From: a virus
Direction: 5' to 3' (one strand)
Virus genome (UHGV): UHGV-0140522
Length of the DNA stretch: 64,000 nt
Under the pieces are notes generated by a model, which saw only the letters and a list, made by a program, of their open reading frames with translations, was not told the origin of the DNA and made no database searches. A program made the translations under genes and the position numbers. Positions 28,990 through 36,814 of this stretch are shown in pieces; positions within the stretch are counted from its first letter, which is position 1; each line of letters opens with the position of its first letter.

Positions 28990-29100
28990 TTTCTACATAA
29001 AGGCAAACCCAGCCGTTTCCCGAAAATTCCCTGGCCGTTTCCCTTCGGTTCCCCGGACAGCCCTCTGGCCGTTTCTGAATATCCCTGCGGCAGCTGGTGG
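28990..29100. repeat. three direct copies of GCCGTTTCC(C) in a non-coding stretch; related triplet at 32225-32300
   Basis: agCCGTTTCCCg / gGCCGTTTCCCt / gGCCGTTTCtg spaced 22-32 bp; no ORF. Confidence 0.5.
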
Positions 29101-29130
29101 ACGAAAAGAAAGGGGCGTTTCCAGCCCCTC
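29100..29130 (-). terminator. rho-independent terminator for the 29136..29618 gene
   Basis: Minus-strand hairpin AGGGGCTGGAAACGCCCCT followed by TTCTTTTCG. Confidence 0.55.
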
Positions 29131-29135
29131 CCCTC

Positions 29136-29618
29136 TTACTTGCCAGCCAGGATGTGAATGCGGTTCTTTCCGTACACCTCTTTCACGTAGTCCCCGCACG
29201 AGATACTCCACGAGTCGATTCCTGCTTCATAGATGACGTTTTTGCACTTGATGGCGTTGTTGGCGATGCGCATTCCCTCCCCCACTGCTTCCTGTTCGCT
29301 GAAGTCGAACCCGGATTCTGTTTTAACCCATAGCGCGATCTGCGTGGCGAACTCGATGAGTTTTGACTGGCAGAAGCGACCGCTGCGTACCGGGAAGATG
29401 AATACGCCAAATCCCGAGGTGGAGACATACGCTTTCTCAAATACGCGCTTATGGCGACGGTTGCAGATAATGTCATTGGTGATCTGCTGTTTCTCTTTCC
29501 CGGACAGCTCGATGGCTACATTGTCACGCCAGGCGCCCAGCACGCTTTTCTCGTTATCAGAGAACGTCACAGAAATATGGCCATGCGCAGGGGTGTTAAC
29601 AGTAGCGATAAAATTCAT
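29136..29618 (-). CDS. hypothetical early protein (160 aa)
   Basis: Early operator motif then AAAGGA 8 nt before the ATG. Confidence 0.5.
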   Translation of the reverse strand: MNFIATVNTPAHGHISVTFSDNEKSVLGAWRDNVAIELSGKEKQQITNDIICNRRHKRVFEKAYVSTSGFGVFIFPVRSGRFCQSKLIEFATQIALWVKTESGFDFSEQEAVGEGMRIANNAIKCKNVIYEAGIDSWSISCGDYVKEVYGKNRIHILAGK

Positions 29619-29631
29619 ATCATCAATCCTT

Positions 29632-29666
29632 TAAACAACTTGTTTTCTTGTTGGTTTAATTATCGC
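29632..29666 (-). promoter_or_regulatory. early promoter/operator motif copy
   Basis: TAAACAACTTGTTTTCTTGTTGGTTTAATTATCGC; 14 nt upstream of the start codon on the gene strand. Confidence 0.6.
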
Positions 29667-29734
29667 TACGCGCATAAGGTGTCCAAGCGTTCTGTTCCGG
29701 CAGCTGGTGGCCGGCAGGGAGTCGGAGAGTTGTT

Positions 29735-29770
29735 CGGTAGCCTGGCGGCAAGAGGTGGGTGTTTTTAGCC
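29735..29770. repeat. TAGCCTG-N-AAGAGGTGGGTGTTT element, also present 3 times at 32905-32995
   Basis: cggTAGCCTGgcggcAAGAGGTGGGTGTTTTtagcctg. Confidence 0.45.
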
Positions 29771-29823
29771 TGCGGGAAACAGGATGGTCATTTAAGGCCA
29801 CCAGCGTGGGTGGCCTCGTTCTC

Positions 29824-30105
29824 TTAGTGGAGCAAACCGACGTCGATGGTATCGCCGGAGCCATCCACGCGGATCATCAGCATGGCGAAGGCATTTAGTG
29901 GGTAGCCTGCGTGCCAGTCCGGGAAGCGGTCATCGCGCATGAAGTCGGCAATGTCATAAACGCTGTCCTCAAAGCGGAAGAAACGGGCATCACATTGTTC
30001 GTCCTGTTCAACGTGATCCATTTCCTGCTGCTCTTCCGGCGACAGGTCGAGCCAGGATTCCAGCCATACGTTTTCAGCTTTAGGGGAGATGGTGAAATCG
30101 GTCAT
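29824..30105 (-). CDS. small acidic protein (93 aa from Met at 30105), DNA-mimic/anti-restriction-like composition
   Basis: About 27 percent Asp+Glu; GGAGGA 7 nt before the ATG at 30105. Confidence 0.45.
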   Translation of the reverse strand: MTDFTISPKAENVWLESWLDLSPEEQQEMDHVEQDEQCDARFFRFEDSVYDIADFMRDDRFPDWHAGYPLNAFAMLMIRVDGSGDTIDVGLLH

Positions 30106-30123
30106 GTGCATATCCTCCATGCG

Positions 30124-30158
30124 TAAACATCTTGTTTTCTTGTTGGTGTAATTATCGC
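30124..30158 (-). promoter_or_regulatory. early promoter/operator motif copy
   Basis: TAAACATCTTGTTTTCTTGTTGGTGTAATTATCGC. Confidence 0.6.
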
Positions 30159-30231
30159 AATGTGGATAAGGCAAAAAACATTTTGTTATCGGGAATAAGA
30201 AAATGGCGCGGGGTACGCGCCATTGGAGGGA

Positions 30232-30627
30232 TTAAGCGAATACGCTTTCCGGGATGTAGTTTTCAACCGGTTCGTTGGACACGATGCGCAGACCGTATTG
30301 TCCAAGCCAGGTGTTGCTCGGGTTCAAGTAGGAGGTGTACAGCTCGTCTGCTTTCACCATCATCTTCTCAAACATCTCTTTGTTTACGCCGCGGAAATAC
30401 GTTTCCAGTTTCAGCAGCATTGGTTCGGATGCGTTGCTGATGCTCTGGAAGCCTACGGTGTACACCCCATCCTCTTCTGTCCCGGTGCGGATCAGGGTGG
30501 TGGTGAGCACTTCAGTCCCGTTCGTGCTGTCACGCAGAATAGCGGTCAGTTTTGCAACTTTTCCGCCTGAGGTTGTTTCTGACGCATAGTACAAATCAAG
30601 AACCAGGTTTTCACGAATTACAGTCAT
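30232..30627 (-). CDS. hypothetical protein (131 aa from internal Met with GGGAGA RBS)
   Basis: Track ORF 30232..30678 trimmed to MTVIRENLV. Confidence 0.45.
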   Translation of the reverse strand: MTVIRENLVLDLYYASETTSGGKVAKLTAILRDSTNGTEVLTTTLIRTGTEEDGVYTVGFQSISNASEPMLLKLETYFRGVNKEMFEKMMVKADELYTSYLNPSNTWLGQYGLRIVSNEPVENYIPESVFA

Positions 30628-30665
30628 TTTTGGTCTCCCTGTTGTTGACCTGATTATATTATTGT

Positions 30666-30695
30666 CGTAGGTAAGCACTTACAATACAGGTAAGC
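30666..30695. promoter_or_regulatory. AT-rich palindrome family member (GGTAAGCACTTAC)
   Basis: cgTAGGTAAGCACTTACaatacaGGTAAGC, about 40 nt upstream of the 30627 start. Confidence 0.4.
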
Positions 30696-30755
30696 AAAAA
30701 AGCCCCGAAGGATGGACGGGGCTGTCGTAGGGACGACTAATCGCTTTTGCACATG

Positions 30756-31067
30756 TCAGGCTGTCGCCAGGAGAGAGGCACGCTGGATTTCTTGCTGGGC
30801 TACTTTGTTCGCTTCCAGTAGCGCCTGTTCCAGCTCTCCTTCCGGCCAGATGATCTGTTTTGCCATCCACCCTCTTCCACTCTGGCGACGCACACTCATT
30901 ACGTAACGCGTGCGGGAACCATTGTCGAACGAGACCAGCGTCTCTTTGAACAGGCGAATAGCAGTGCCGTTGGCGATGATATCGAGCAGGGTCAGCTGGC
31001 TCATTACGGTTGGTTTTTCTTTACGTGGCTGGCCCGCGCTCAGTTTGGTGATCATCGCGTTTTTCAT
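30756..31067 (-). CDS. hypothetical early protein (103 aa)
   Basis: GGAGTG RBS; motif copy upstream. Confidence 0.5.
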   Translation of the reverse strand: MKNAMITKLSAGQPRKEKPTVMSQLTLLDIIANGTAIRLFKETLVSFDNGSRTRYVMSVRRQSGRGWMAKQIIWPEGELEQALLEANKVAQQEIQRASLLATA

Positions 31068-31078
31068 AATTCACTCCG

Positions 31079-31114
31079 TAAACAACTTGTTTTCTTATTG
31101 GTGTAAATAATACC
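31079..31114 (-). promoter_or_regulatory. early promoter/operator motif copy
   Basis: TAAACAACTTGTTTTCTTATTGGTGTAAATAATACC. Confidence 0.6.
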
Positions 31115-31207
31115 AGCGAGAAAACGGCTACAAAGCATAGCGTTACGGTGCTGCGCTGCCCCGGAGGTTGCAAACAGCAAAAAGCCACCGTGCTGGTGGT
31201 CTCACTC

Positions 31208-31426
31208 TTAATCTTCGTCGTCCGGGAACTCGATGTGTACCGCGTCCACCAGCTCCCGCTGTTCATCTTCACTGAGCAGATGCCAGATATCCTTCCCTTT
31301 GGGTGATTCCCCTTCAGCCGGGACGAACGACCACAACTTGCGGTACAACTCCGGCCCCACAGCATCCAGGCACTCAGCCAAGGAATCCTCGCTCCACACC
31401 TCAACCATCACAGGCATCTTAATCAT
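31208..31426 (-). CDS. small acidic protein (72 aa, MIKMPVMVEVW...)
   Basis: Track ORF 31208..31618 trimmed to the Met 11 nt after the upstream stop; Asp/Glu-rich. Confidence 0.4.
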   Translation of the reverse strand: MIKMPVMVEVWSEDSLAECLDAVGPELYRKLWSFVPAEGESPKGKDIWHLLSEDEQRELVDAVHIEFPDDED

Positions 31427-31436
31427 CTCTTCACCC

Positions 31437-31652
31437 TCACTTCGTTTCTGACGTCGTGCAGTTCCACGCGACGGACATTGGGTTGTCCTCGATATGGAAA
31501 TCAAACGTCCCTTCTCTATATCCTTCAGAGATGAGCGTCGCCACGCGACCAGCAACATCCTGGGAACGGATAACGTCATCGAGGGAGATCTCACACTCGG
31601 AGGACTCTTCCTCGCCACAGAGGGTGATGCTGATATTCAGATGCTTGTACAT
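31437..31652 (-). CDS. small acidic protein (71 aa)
   Basis: AAGGAG RBS; motif copy upstream. Confidence 0.5.
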   Translation of the reverse strand: MYKHLNISITLCGEEESSECEISLDDVIRSQDVAGRVATLISEGYREGTFDFHIEDNPMSVAWNCTTSETK

Positions 31653-31668
31653 GTGTTTCTCCTTTGTC

Positions 31669-31703
31669 TAAACACGTTGTTTTCTTGTTGGTGTTATTAT
31701 CGC
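31669..31703 (-). promoter_or_regulatory. early promoter/operator motif copy (between divergent genes)
   Basis: TAAACACGTTGTTTTCTTGTTGGTGTTATTATCGC. Confidence 0.6.
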
Positions 31704-31794
31704 AATAAGAAAACGGGGAAAAAGAATTCCTTAAAGGCTGATGTGCTTGTGCCGATTTATTGCTATGTATGTATCTGGCTAACTCAGAGGGAAT

Positions 31795-32040
31795 GTGATG
31801 AGCACTAAAGACTACACAGACGGGTACTTCAGCATCGACGCCGAGAGAGGCGAGTTGCTACATGGCGGCATCACTGTCGGACGCGTCATTTTGGTTAACG
31901 GTCAGATTTACACAGAGCTGGACGATACCAGTTCAAGCGCACCTGTCGTCTCCGGCCCCTTCGGGACAAGAGAAGAGGCGCTCGATGATTTGTGGGACAA
32001 CAGGGACGATGCGAATCAGGGCAGTGAGATTTTCGAATAA
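31795..32040 (+). CDS. small acidic protein (81 aa), plus strand
   Basis: GAGGGAA RBS; divergent from the 31652 gene. Confidence 0.45.
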   Translation: MMSTKDYTDGYFSIDAERGELLHGGITVGRVILVNGQIYTELDDTSSSAPVVSGPFGTREEALDDLWDNRDDANQGSEIFE

Positions 32041-32049
32041 ACGTCCTCG

Positions 32050-33030
32050 GCGATTTCACCACCAAAACCCGTAACCCTTTACACTAGATCTGGCTTCCCG
32101 ATATGAGCGTGCGAAGCTGATCTGGTCTCAATGCTCAACTGCGGGATTCACCAATTCCCGCACTATTCAGGTGAATGAGGAAAAGGCATACTCCCGCAGC
32201 CGTCCCTCGCTCTGAACTGGGATGTACCCGTTTCCCGACCGGCAGCCAGCCTTTTCCCTGCGGCGATGCCCCCGTTCCTGAAAAGGAACATGGCCTTTTC
32301 CCTAGATGGCCCGAAGGCTGACCGAAGGGGTGGATAGGGACGTTACGGGGGATGAAAACTATGGCTTGAATTTCTACGGAGAAAGTAGCGATACCCCTCT
32401 TCCCCTTCCCACTTATACCTCCAGTTAAATCTCTACGGATTTTCTCTCCTGTGGACGTGTAAACCTTCCCCCTGATAACGCTCTATACGGCGAGTATTCC
32501 TTTGGGTGAAATGGGTGGTTTGTTCTCTCTACCGGCGTATGTGGTTTCGTTGTTCTTGAGGTGGTTCTTCTCTGTGTTTTCGTCTGGGTTGTTCTCGTCG
32601 TTTTGGTGAGTGTTCTTCTCCGTGTATAGAGTAATGGCATGTGCGCTTCTCTCTTCGTTTACGTGAAGAGATGGAAGTGTGGGTAATGGCAGTAGGGCGC
32701 TTTTGTTGTTCTCCGCATATGAAGTAATGGCGTTCCCTGCTATTCAGGAATTTGCGCTCCCTTTCGGGGTAATGGTGGGTAAACGAGATTGCGACGGTTC
32801 CTGTTCTGGTCTGGGTTTGTCCGGGGTTTCGTTCTGGCTGTTCTTCTCCGTGTATTGGGTAATGGCGTGTAGGGGTTTGCGTGCGCGAGCTGCGTTCTCG
32901 GTTGCCTGGGGAGATTAGGTGGGTGGTCTGTAGCCTGGGGCAAAGAGGTGGGTCTTTTCGGTAGCCTGACAGGAAGAGGTGGGTGTTTCCGGGATTGTGG
33001 GTAATGGCGTCTCTGGTTTTCCTGTGGGTG
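32050..33030 (-). ncRNA. candidate ~1 kb non-coding RNA / repeat-rich regulatory region
   Basis: No credible ORF; strong strand skew; six or more GTAATGGC repeats, a 226-bp internal duplication, three CCCACCTCTT...CAGGCTA repeats; an early motif copy at 33033-33070 is positioned to drive minus-strand transcription with no start codon or RBS after it. Confidence 0.4.
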
Positions 33031-33032
33031 TG

Positions 33033-33070
33033 GTTAACTTGTTTTCTTGTGCCTGAAAACAACTTGTTTA
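33033..33070 (-). promoter_or_regulatory. early promoter/operator motif (double partial copy) at upstream end of the non-coding region
   Basis: GTTAACTTGTTTTCTTGTGCCTGAAAACAACTTGTTTA. Confidence 0.5.
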
Positions 33071-33262
33071 GATGTCCAATATAACGCAACGGGAGCGCTT
33101 CTGAGCGTGTCTGTTTTTGGGTGGTATCACGAGTCGTTTTTGACGTTTTGGTCGCAGGGAGATGGATTCTGGTGCGTAGGATTTTGGGTATAAGAGATGG
33201 CTTGCGAAAACGTCAACTTTTTAGACCAAATCAAGGGAAAGCGTTGACTTTTCGTTGATGTG

Positions 33263-33295
33263 TTATTTATTTGTTTTCTTATGGGTGTAATTGGC
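33263..33295 (-). promoter_or_regulatory. degenerate early motif copy
   Basis: TTATTTATTTGTTTTCTTATGGGTGTAATTGG. Confidence 0.35.
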
Positions 33296-33412
33296 TTAAA
33301 TGCCTTGTCACGCCTGGGCTGGGGCAGGTTGGAGGGGTGGGGAAAGTGGCGATCAACGGACTCTTATAGAAATCCTCAATTTGTGACCGCCAATGTCAAC
33401 GAGTTGCAGCCG

Positions 33413-33982
33413 CTAGTTGTTCAGATAGGCATCAGGAACGCGGACATAAAAGTTTCTGTCGCCGGTCAGTTCCAGAGTAACGTTAATGTCATTGCCGTTA
33501 TCCAGCGTAGCCGTCGCTTTATAGAACTTGTCCGTCACCTTGTCCTGAATTGTCACCTTCATACATTTCGGCGCTGTGGTTCCGTTATTCTCTTTCAGAA
33601 TGGTCGTTACGAGAGGACAAGCCGCTTCTTCAAGAGCAACCTCTTCCTGGTGCGGGATGCCGATAAAGATGATGCAAGCCAGCGAAGCGACAATGACGAT
33701 AAACGGAATCCGACTCCCTTTTGTGATGGTCGCACGCTTCCAGAGATAGACCGGCAGGAAGAGTACGCCCCACAAAATGGCCGGTGGTTCATAGCCTGCT
33801 TCTGAGAGTGCCATTCTGTCGGCCACCAGCAAACCGATGACGGCAACACCGCCAATGACCATTGCGTAATTGAAGTACTCGTCTGGCGGTACGCCAAAGA
33901 AGAGAGGCAGGAACGCTAATATCCACGCATAAATATTTTTCAGAGGTTTTGTTTGTTGGTTCTGGGTTTCCATCACATCCAT
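33413..33982 (-). CDS. integral membrane protein (4 predicted transmembrane helices)
   Basis: Hydrophobic segments IYAWILAFLPLFF, VIGGVAVIGLLV, ILWGVLFLPVYLW, IVIVASLACIIFIGI. Confidence 0.55.
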   Translation of the reverse strand: MDVMETQNQQTKPLKNIYAWILAFLPLFFGVPPDEYFNYAMVIGGVAVIGLLVADRMALSEAGYEPPAILWGVLFLPVYLWKRATITKGSRIPFIVIVASLACIIFIGIPHQEEVALEEAACPLVTTILKENNGTTAPKCMKVTIQDKVTDKFYKATATLDNGNDINVTLELTGDRNFYVRVPDAYLNN

Positions 33983-34059
33983 TCCATCAGATTAAAACAG
34001 TGGTCATATGTTACCAATTTTCCTCGCTTATATAACCTGATTACTCAACGGGTGGGCGA

Positions 34060-34380
34060 TCACCAATCCCATGCAGGCAGCCCATCCACCATCTCGGCGT
34101 CGCAATCGAAGTGAACCGCGTCATAGCCGGCATCCAGTACCTTCTGAATGTTCTCGATGGTTTGCCATGTGACGCCGTAATCACGTAGCTCTTCTTTCCA
34201 GTCGTTGCCACGCATACCTGCGCGGACAATCCATCCGTACTCCGTGCCGTGTACCCAATTCAGTCCACGATCTGTTAGTGGGTCGAAACAGATATTAGGC
34301 AGACACTCAGAGTCATGCTGTGTAACGTGGGCGGTGCTGATCACCGCCGTCTTATACGATTCGGTGATTTTCAGCATCAT
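34060..34380 (-). CDS. hypothetical early protein (106 aa)
   Basis: Coupled to the upstream gene (ATGA overlap). Confidence 0.45.
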   Translation of the reverse strand: MMLKITESYKTAVISTAHVTQHDSECLPNICFDPLTDRGLNWVHGTEYGWIVRAGMRGNDWKEELRDYGVTWQTIENIQKVLDAGYDAVHFDCDAEMVDGLPAWDW

Positions 34381-34631
34381 GCCTTCTCCTTTGGAAACAG
34401 AATGTCGGCCGTGTCAGAAATGACATCCCAATTCACACCGACGCTGGCGTCATGGCACTCTTTGATTTTTCGCAAAACCTGAACGCACTGTTTGTCAGTC
34501 AGATCTGGTCGCACTTCACCTACATCTTCCTTGTGCCACATTACCATCAGCAGCGGCTCGTCTTCTGGGTAGTTCTCCAGCTTTTCGATGATGTCTTTTG
34601 CGGTTCCGAACATGATTAACTCCTTAAACAA
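34377..34631 (-). CDS. hypothetical early protein (84 aa)
   Basis: AAGGAG RBS; motif copy upstream. Confidence 0.5.
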   Translation of the reverse strand: MFKELIMFGTAKDIIEKLENYPEDEPLLMVMWHKEDVGEVRPDLTDKQCVQVLRKIKECHDASVGVNWDVISDTADILFPKEKA

Positions 34632-34657
34632 CTTGTTTTCTTGTTGGCGTTATTATC
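34624..34657 (-). promoter_or_regulatory. early promoter/operator motif copy
   Basis: TTAAACAACTTGTTTTCTTGTTGGCGTTATTATC. Confidence 0.6.
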
Positions 34658-34698
34658 TAAAATAACAAAAGGCAGAAAACAAGATGTTTAAGGGATGA

Positions 34699-34965
34699 TT
34701 AGGTGAGTTTGAAGTCGTCCGCATCGTCGACGAACTCCATAAATCTGGCCTCCACGCTTGAGTGCGTTATCAGAAACTCAAGACCCCTTCCAAGCGAGGT
34801 TGGTTCTTCCAGCAAAAACTCGAACCCATCTTCATGAGTCCTGCCTAACCAGTATCCGCCGCCATACTCCTTCAATCGTTGAAAGAAAACGTACTGCCCC
34901 GGTTTGAAATTTTGAAGAGTCTCGCCCCTATAAACGATCTGATAGTTTGAGTCTTTGAGTCCCAT
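34699..34965 (-). CDS. hypothetical protein (88 aa from MGLKDSNYQ...)
   Basis: Trimmed from 34699..35022 to the Met with RBS. Confidence 0.4.
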   Translation of the reverse strand: MGLKDSNYQIVYRGETLQNFKPGQYVFFQRLKEYGGGYWLGRTHEDGFEFLLEEPTSLGRGLEFLITHSSVEARFMEFVDDADDFKLT

Positions 34966-35152
34966 TTTTTCGCCCTCAATACTGTATATACAAACAGTAG
35001 TATTTATTACTATACCGGTCAACTTTGCGGGTTAAGGGAATAACAAGGTGGTGAAAACAATTTGTTTCGGCACTTGAGATTTTGCAAACCGCACATACAT
35101 GAAAAGCGGCAATTTTTGAAACCTGATTTGACCCAAGTGAAAGGAGGAAACG

Positions 35153-35356
35153 ATGAAGACCTATGATCGCAACCGTAACGCTATCACTACCGGCAGCCGA
35201 GTGATGGTGGCAACGAATGGTGCAACGGGAGTCATCAAGGAAATCTGCGGAGAAGGCAAATCAGAAGAACAATTACGCCGTTCTGACTGCGTGTCTATCG
35301 AAGGTGTGGAGGGTCTGTTCTGCCCAATGGATTTAGTTCGCCTGGGATTCCATTAA
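35153..35356 (+). CDS. hypothetical small protein (67 aa)
   Basis: AAGGAGGAAACG RBS; plus strand. Confidence 0.5.
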   Translation: MKTYDRNRNAITTGSRVMVATNGATGVIKEICGEGKSEEQLRRSDCVSIEGVEGLFCPMDLVRLGFH

Positions 35357-35384
35357 TTTAATAATCTAGAAAACAAATTGTTTA

Positions 35385-35404
35385 AGGCCACTACTGTGGC
35401 CTTC
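35385..35404. terminator. hairpin between convergent genes (possible bidirectional terminator)
   Basis: AAGGCCACTACTGTGGCCTT; stem resembles the hairpin upstream of nrdA. Confidence 0.35.
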
Positions 35405-35406
35405 AT

Positions 35407-35778
35407 TTACTCTGCGATAAGCGATCCAATCATCGCCTGTAGCTCTCGTTCTTTTTCTTTGGCTACACGGAGTAATTCGGCATTTACATGACGTTGCAGC
35501 TTATCCATTACGCGGAACGACGGACGGCGCATGACGCTCTCGTCGATGGCTTTGGTATTCAAGCTAATAAGATGCCCGAAGTGGTTGAAGCCAGCCCCGA
35601 CGAACACTTCATATAGCTGGGCATCGCGCTCAAACAGAGCGATCCCATTTCGCACCTCAAGCAGCGTTCCTTCCTCAATAAGCGTATCCAGCGCCTTATC
35701 CCAGACCGGACAAAAGCGATAATTGAAACCTTCCAGTAATGCTGTAAAAAACAGCGAAACGGCATTACCCAACTTCAT
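35407..35778 (-). CDS. hypothetical protein (123 aa)
   Basis: Three-gene minus-strand cassette with 35781..36071 and 36059..36748. Confidence 0.45.
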   Translation of the reverse strand: MKLGNAVSLFFTALLEGFNYRFCPVWDKALDTLIEEGTLLEVRNGIALFERDAQLYEVFVGAGFNHFGHLISLNTKAIDESVMRRPSFRVMDKLQRHVNAELLRVAKEKERELQAMIGSLIAE

Positions 35779-35780
35779 AG

Positions 35781-36071
35781 TTACTCTTCCTTACTCCTTG
35801 CTCTGTTAGCCTGCACTTCCTTAGCCAGCTCGTAGGTAATTTTGCACGGCACAATCATCGCCCAGCCTTTTTCGTGGCTGTTAATCACCTGCTGAACATG
35901 GCCGTCTGTAATGGGCAGATCCGGCAACTGTTTAAAAACTTCCATCTGCTCATGGATATGCAGAAACCACCTTGCCAGCTCCATCTGCTCACCGCGGGTG
36001 AGGGGATTATCCAGCGGGGACTTAACAAAAGCGGAGACGCGCTCGACAGGCAGATCATTCATGCCGCGCAC
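35781..36071 (-). CDS. hypothetical protein (96 aa)
   Basis: Start overlaps the upstream gene. Confidence 0.45.
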   Translation of the reverse strand: MRGMNDLPVERVSAFVKSPLDNPLTRGEQMELARWFLHIHEQMEVFKQLPDLPITDGHVQQVINSHEKGWAMIVPCKITYELAKEVQANRARSKEE

Positions 36072-36748
36072 CTCTCTGCTTTATCCTGCAATTCGCGGAC
36101 ATACTCGACCAAAGAGCCGCCTGGTGGGACCTGGCATTCCTCAACTAACTGGAAGTAGATGTCTGCGGCCGCGCGTGTGTTCGAGCCTTTGTTTAGCTGC
36201 TCTTCGCGCAGCGCATCACGTTCGTTGATCAAACGAACACACTCGCCGTTACGCTGATCAACAACGGCCTCAAGTTCAGCGATACGTTCGCCTGGCGTCT
36301 TGCCTTCTTTGCGCTGGATGGTGACGGTAAACTCGCCCATTTCAGGAACGTTGTATCCCAGCTCCAGGTAATTTCTGGCGCCGCTGCGGACGAACTCACC
36401 TGCGAACATGGTGGCGAACATCGCAGAGGCCATCTCTCCTTTGAAAAGCGACTCCAGAGCTAACGGAGTGCCGGCAGACAGAGCCTCTTTTGCTGTGTCC
36501 ATTGCGTCCATGAACCGGTCGAACTCATTGGCGCGTTTCTCAAGGTCTCTCCACTGCTGGCTCCAACGGCGTGCCAGATGTTCGATAAAAACCTGCGCCG
36601 ATTCATCAAAGTTACCTTCGAACGTCACAAGCTCCTTGTCGATTTTGATGGTTCCGGCAGGCGTTCCTTCGTTCCCCTGTAGCACTAAATTAAATGGCAG
36701 CTTCGCCTGATTAACGCTGGCGAATGTAATTCTCGATTTTTCGCTCAT
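36059..36748 (-). CDS. hypothetical protein (229 aa)
   Basis: First gene after the methyltransferase. Confidence 0.45.
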   Translation of the reverse strand: MSEKSRITFASVNQAKLPFNLVLQGNEGTPAGTIKIDKELVTFEGNFDESAQVFIEHLARRWSQQWRDLEKRANEFDRFMDAMDTAKEALSAGTPLALESLFKGEMASAMFATMFAGEFVRSGARNYLELGYNVPEMGEFTVTIQRKEGKTPGERIAELEAVVDQRNGECVRLINERDALREEQLNKGSNTRAAADIYFQLVEECQVPPGGSLVEYVRELQDKAERCAA

Positions 36749-36784
36749 GTGTTCACCTCTGATAAAGTGGCTCTATTCTTACAT

Positions 36785-36814
36785 AAATTAGGTAAGTATT
36801 TACCTATCATTTTA
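36785..36814. promoter_or_regulatory. AT-rich palindrome family member
   Basis: aaatTAGGTAAGTATTTACCTAtcatttta overlapping the methyltransferase stop. Confidence 0.45.

Noticed and set aside
32100-32180. Possible tRNA-like hairpin GCGGGATTCACCAATTCCCGC
   Set aside because: It has no cloverleaf context (no acceptor or D arms), and no tRNA could be supported anywhere in the window.
32529-33089. 186-aa His/Arg-rich repeat ORF on the minus strand in the non-coding region
   Set aside because: Its start lies upstream of the early motif rather than after it, it has no RBS, and its peptide repeats simply mirror the DNA repeats. The region is treated as non-coding; translation is not strictly excluded.
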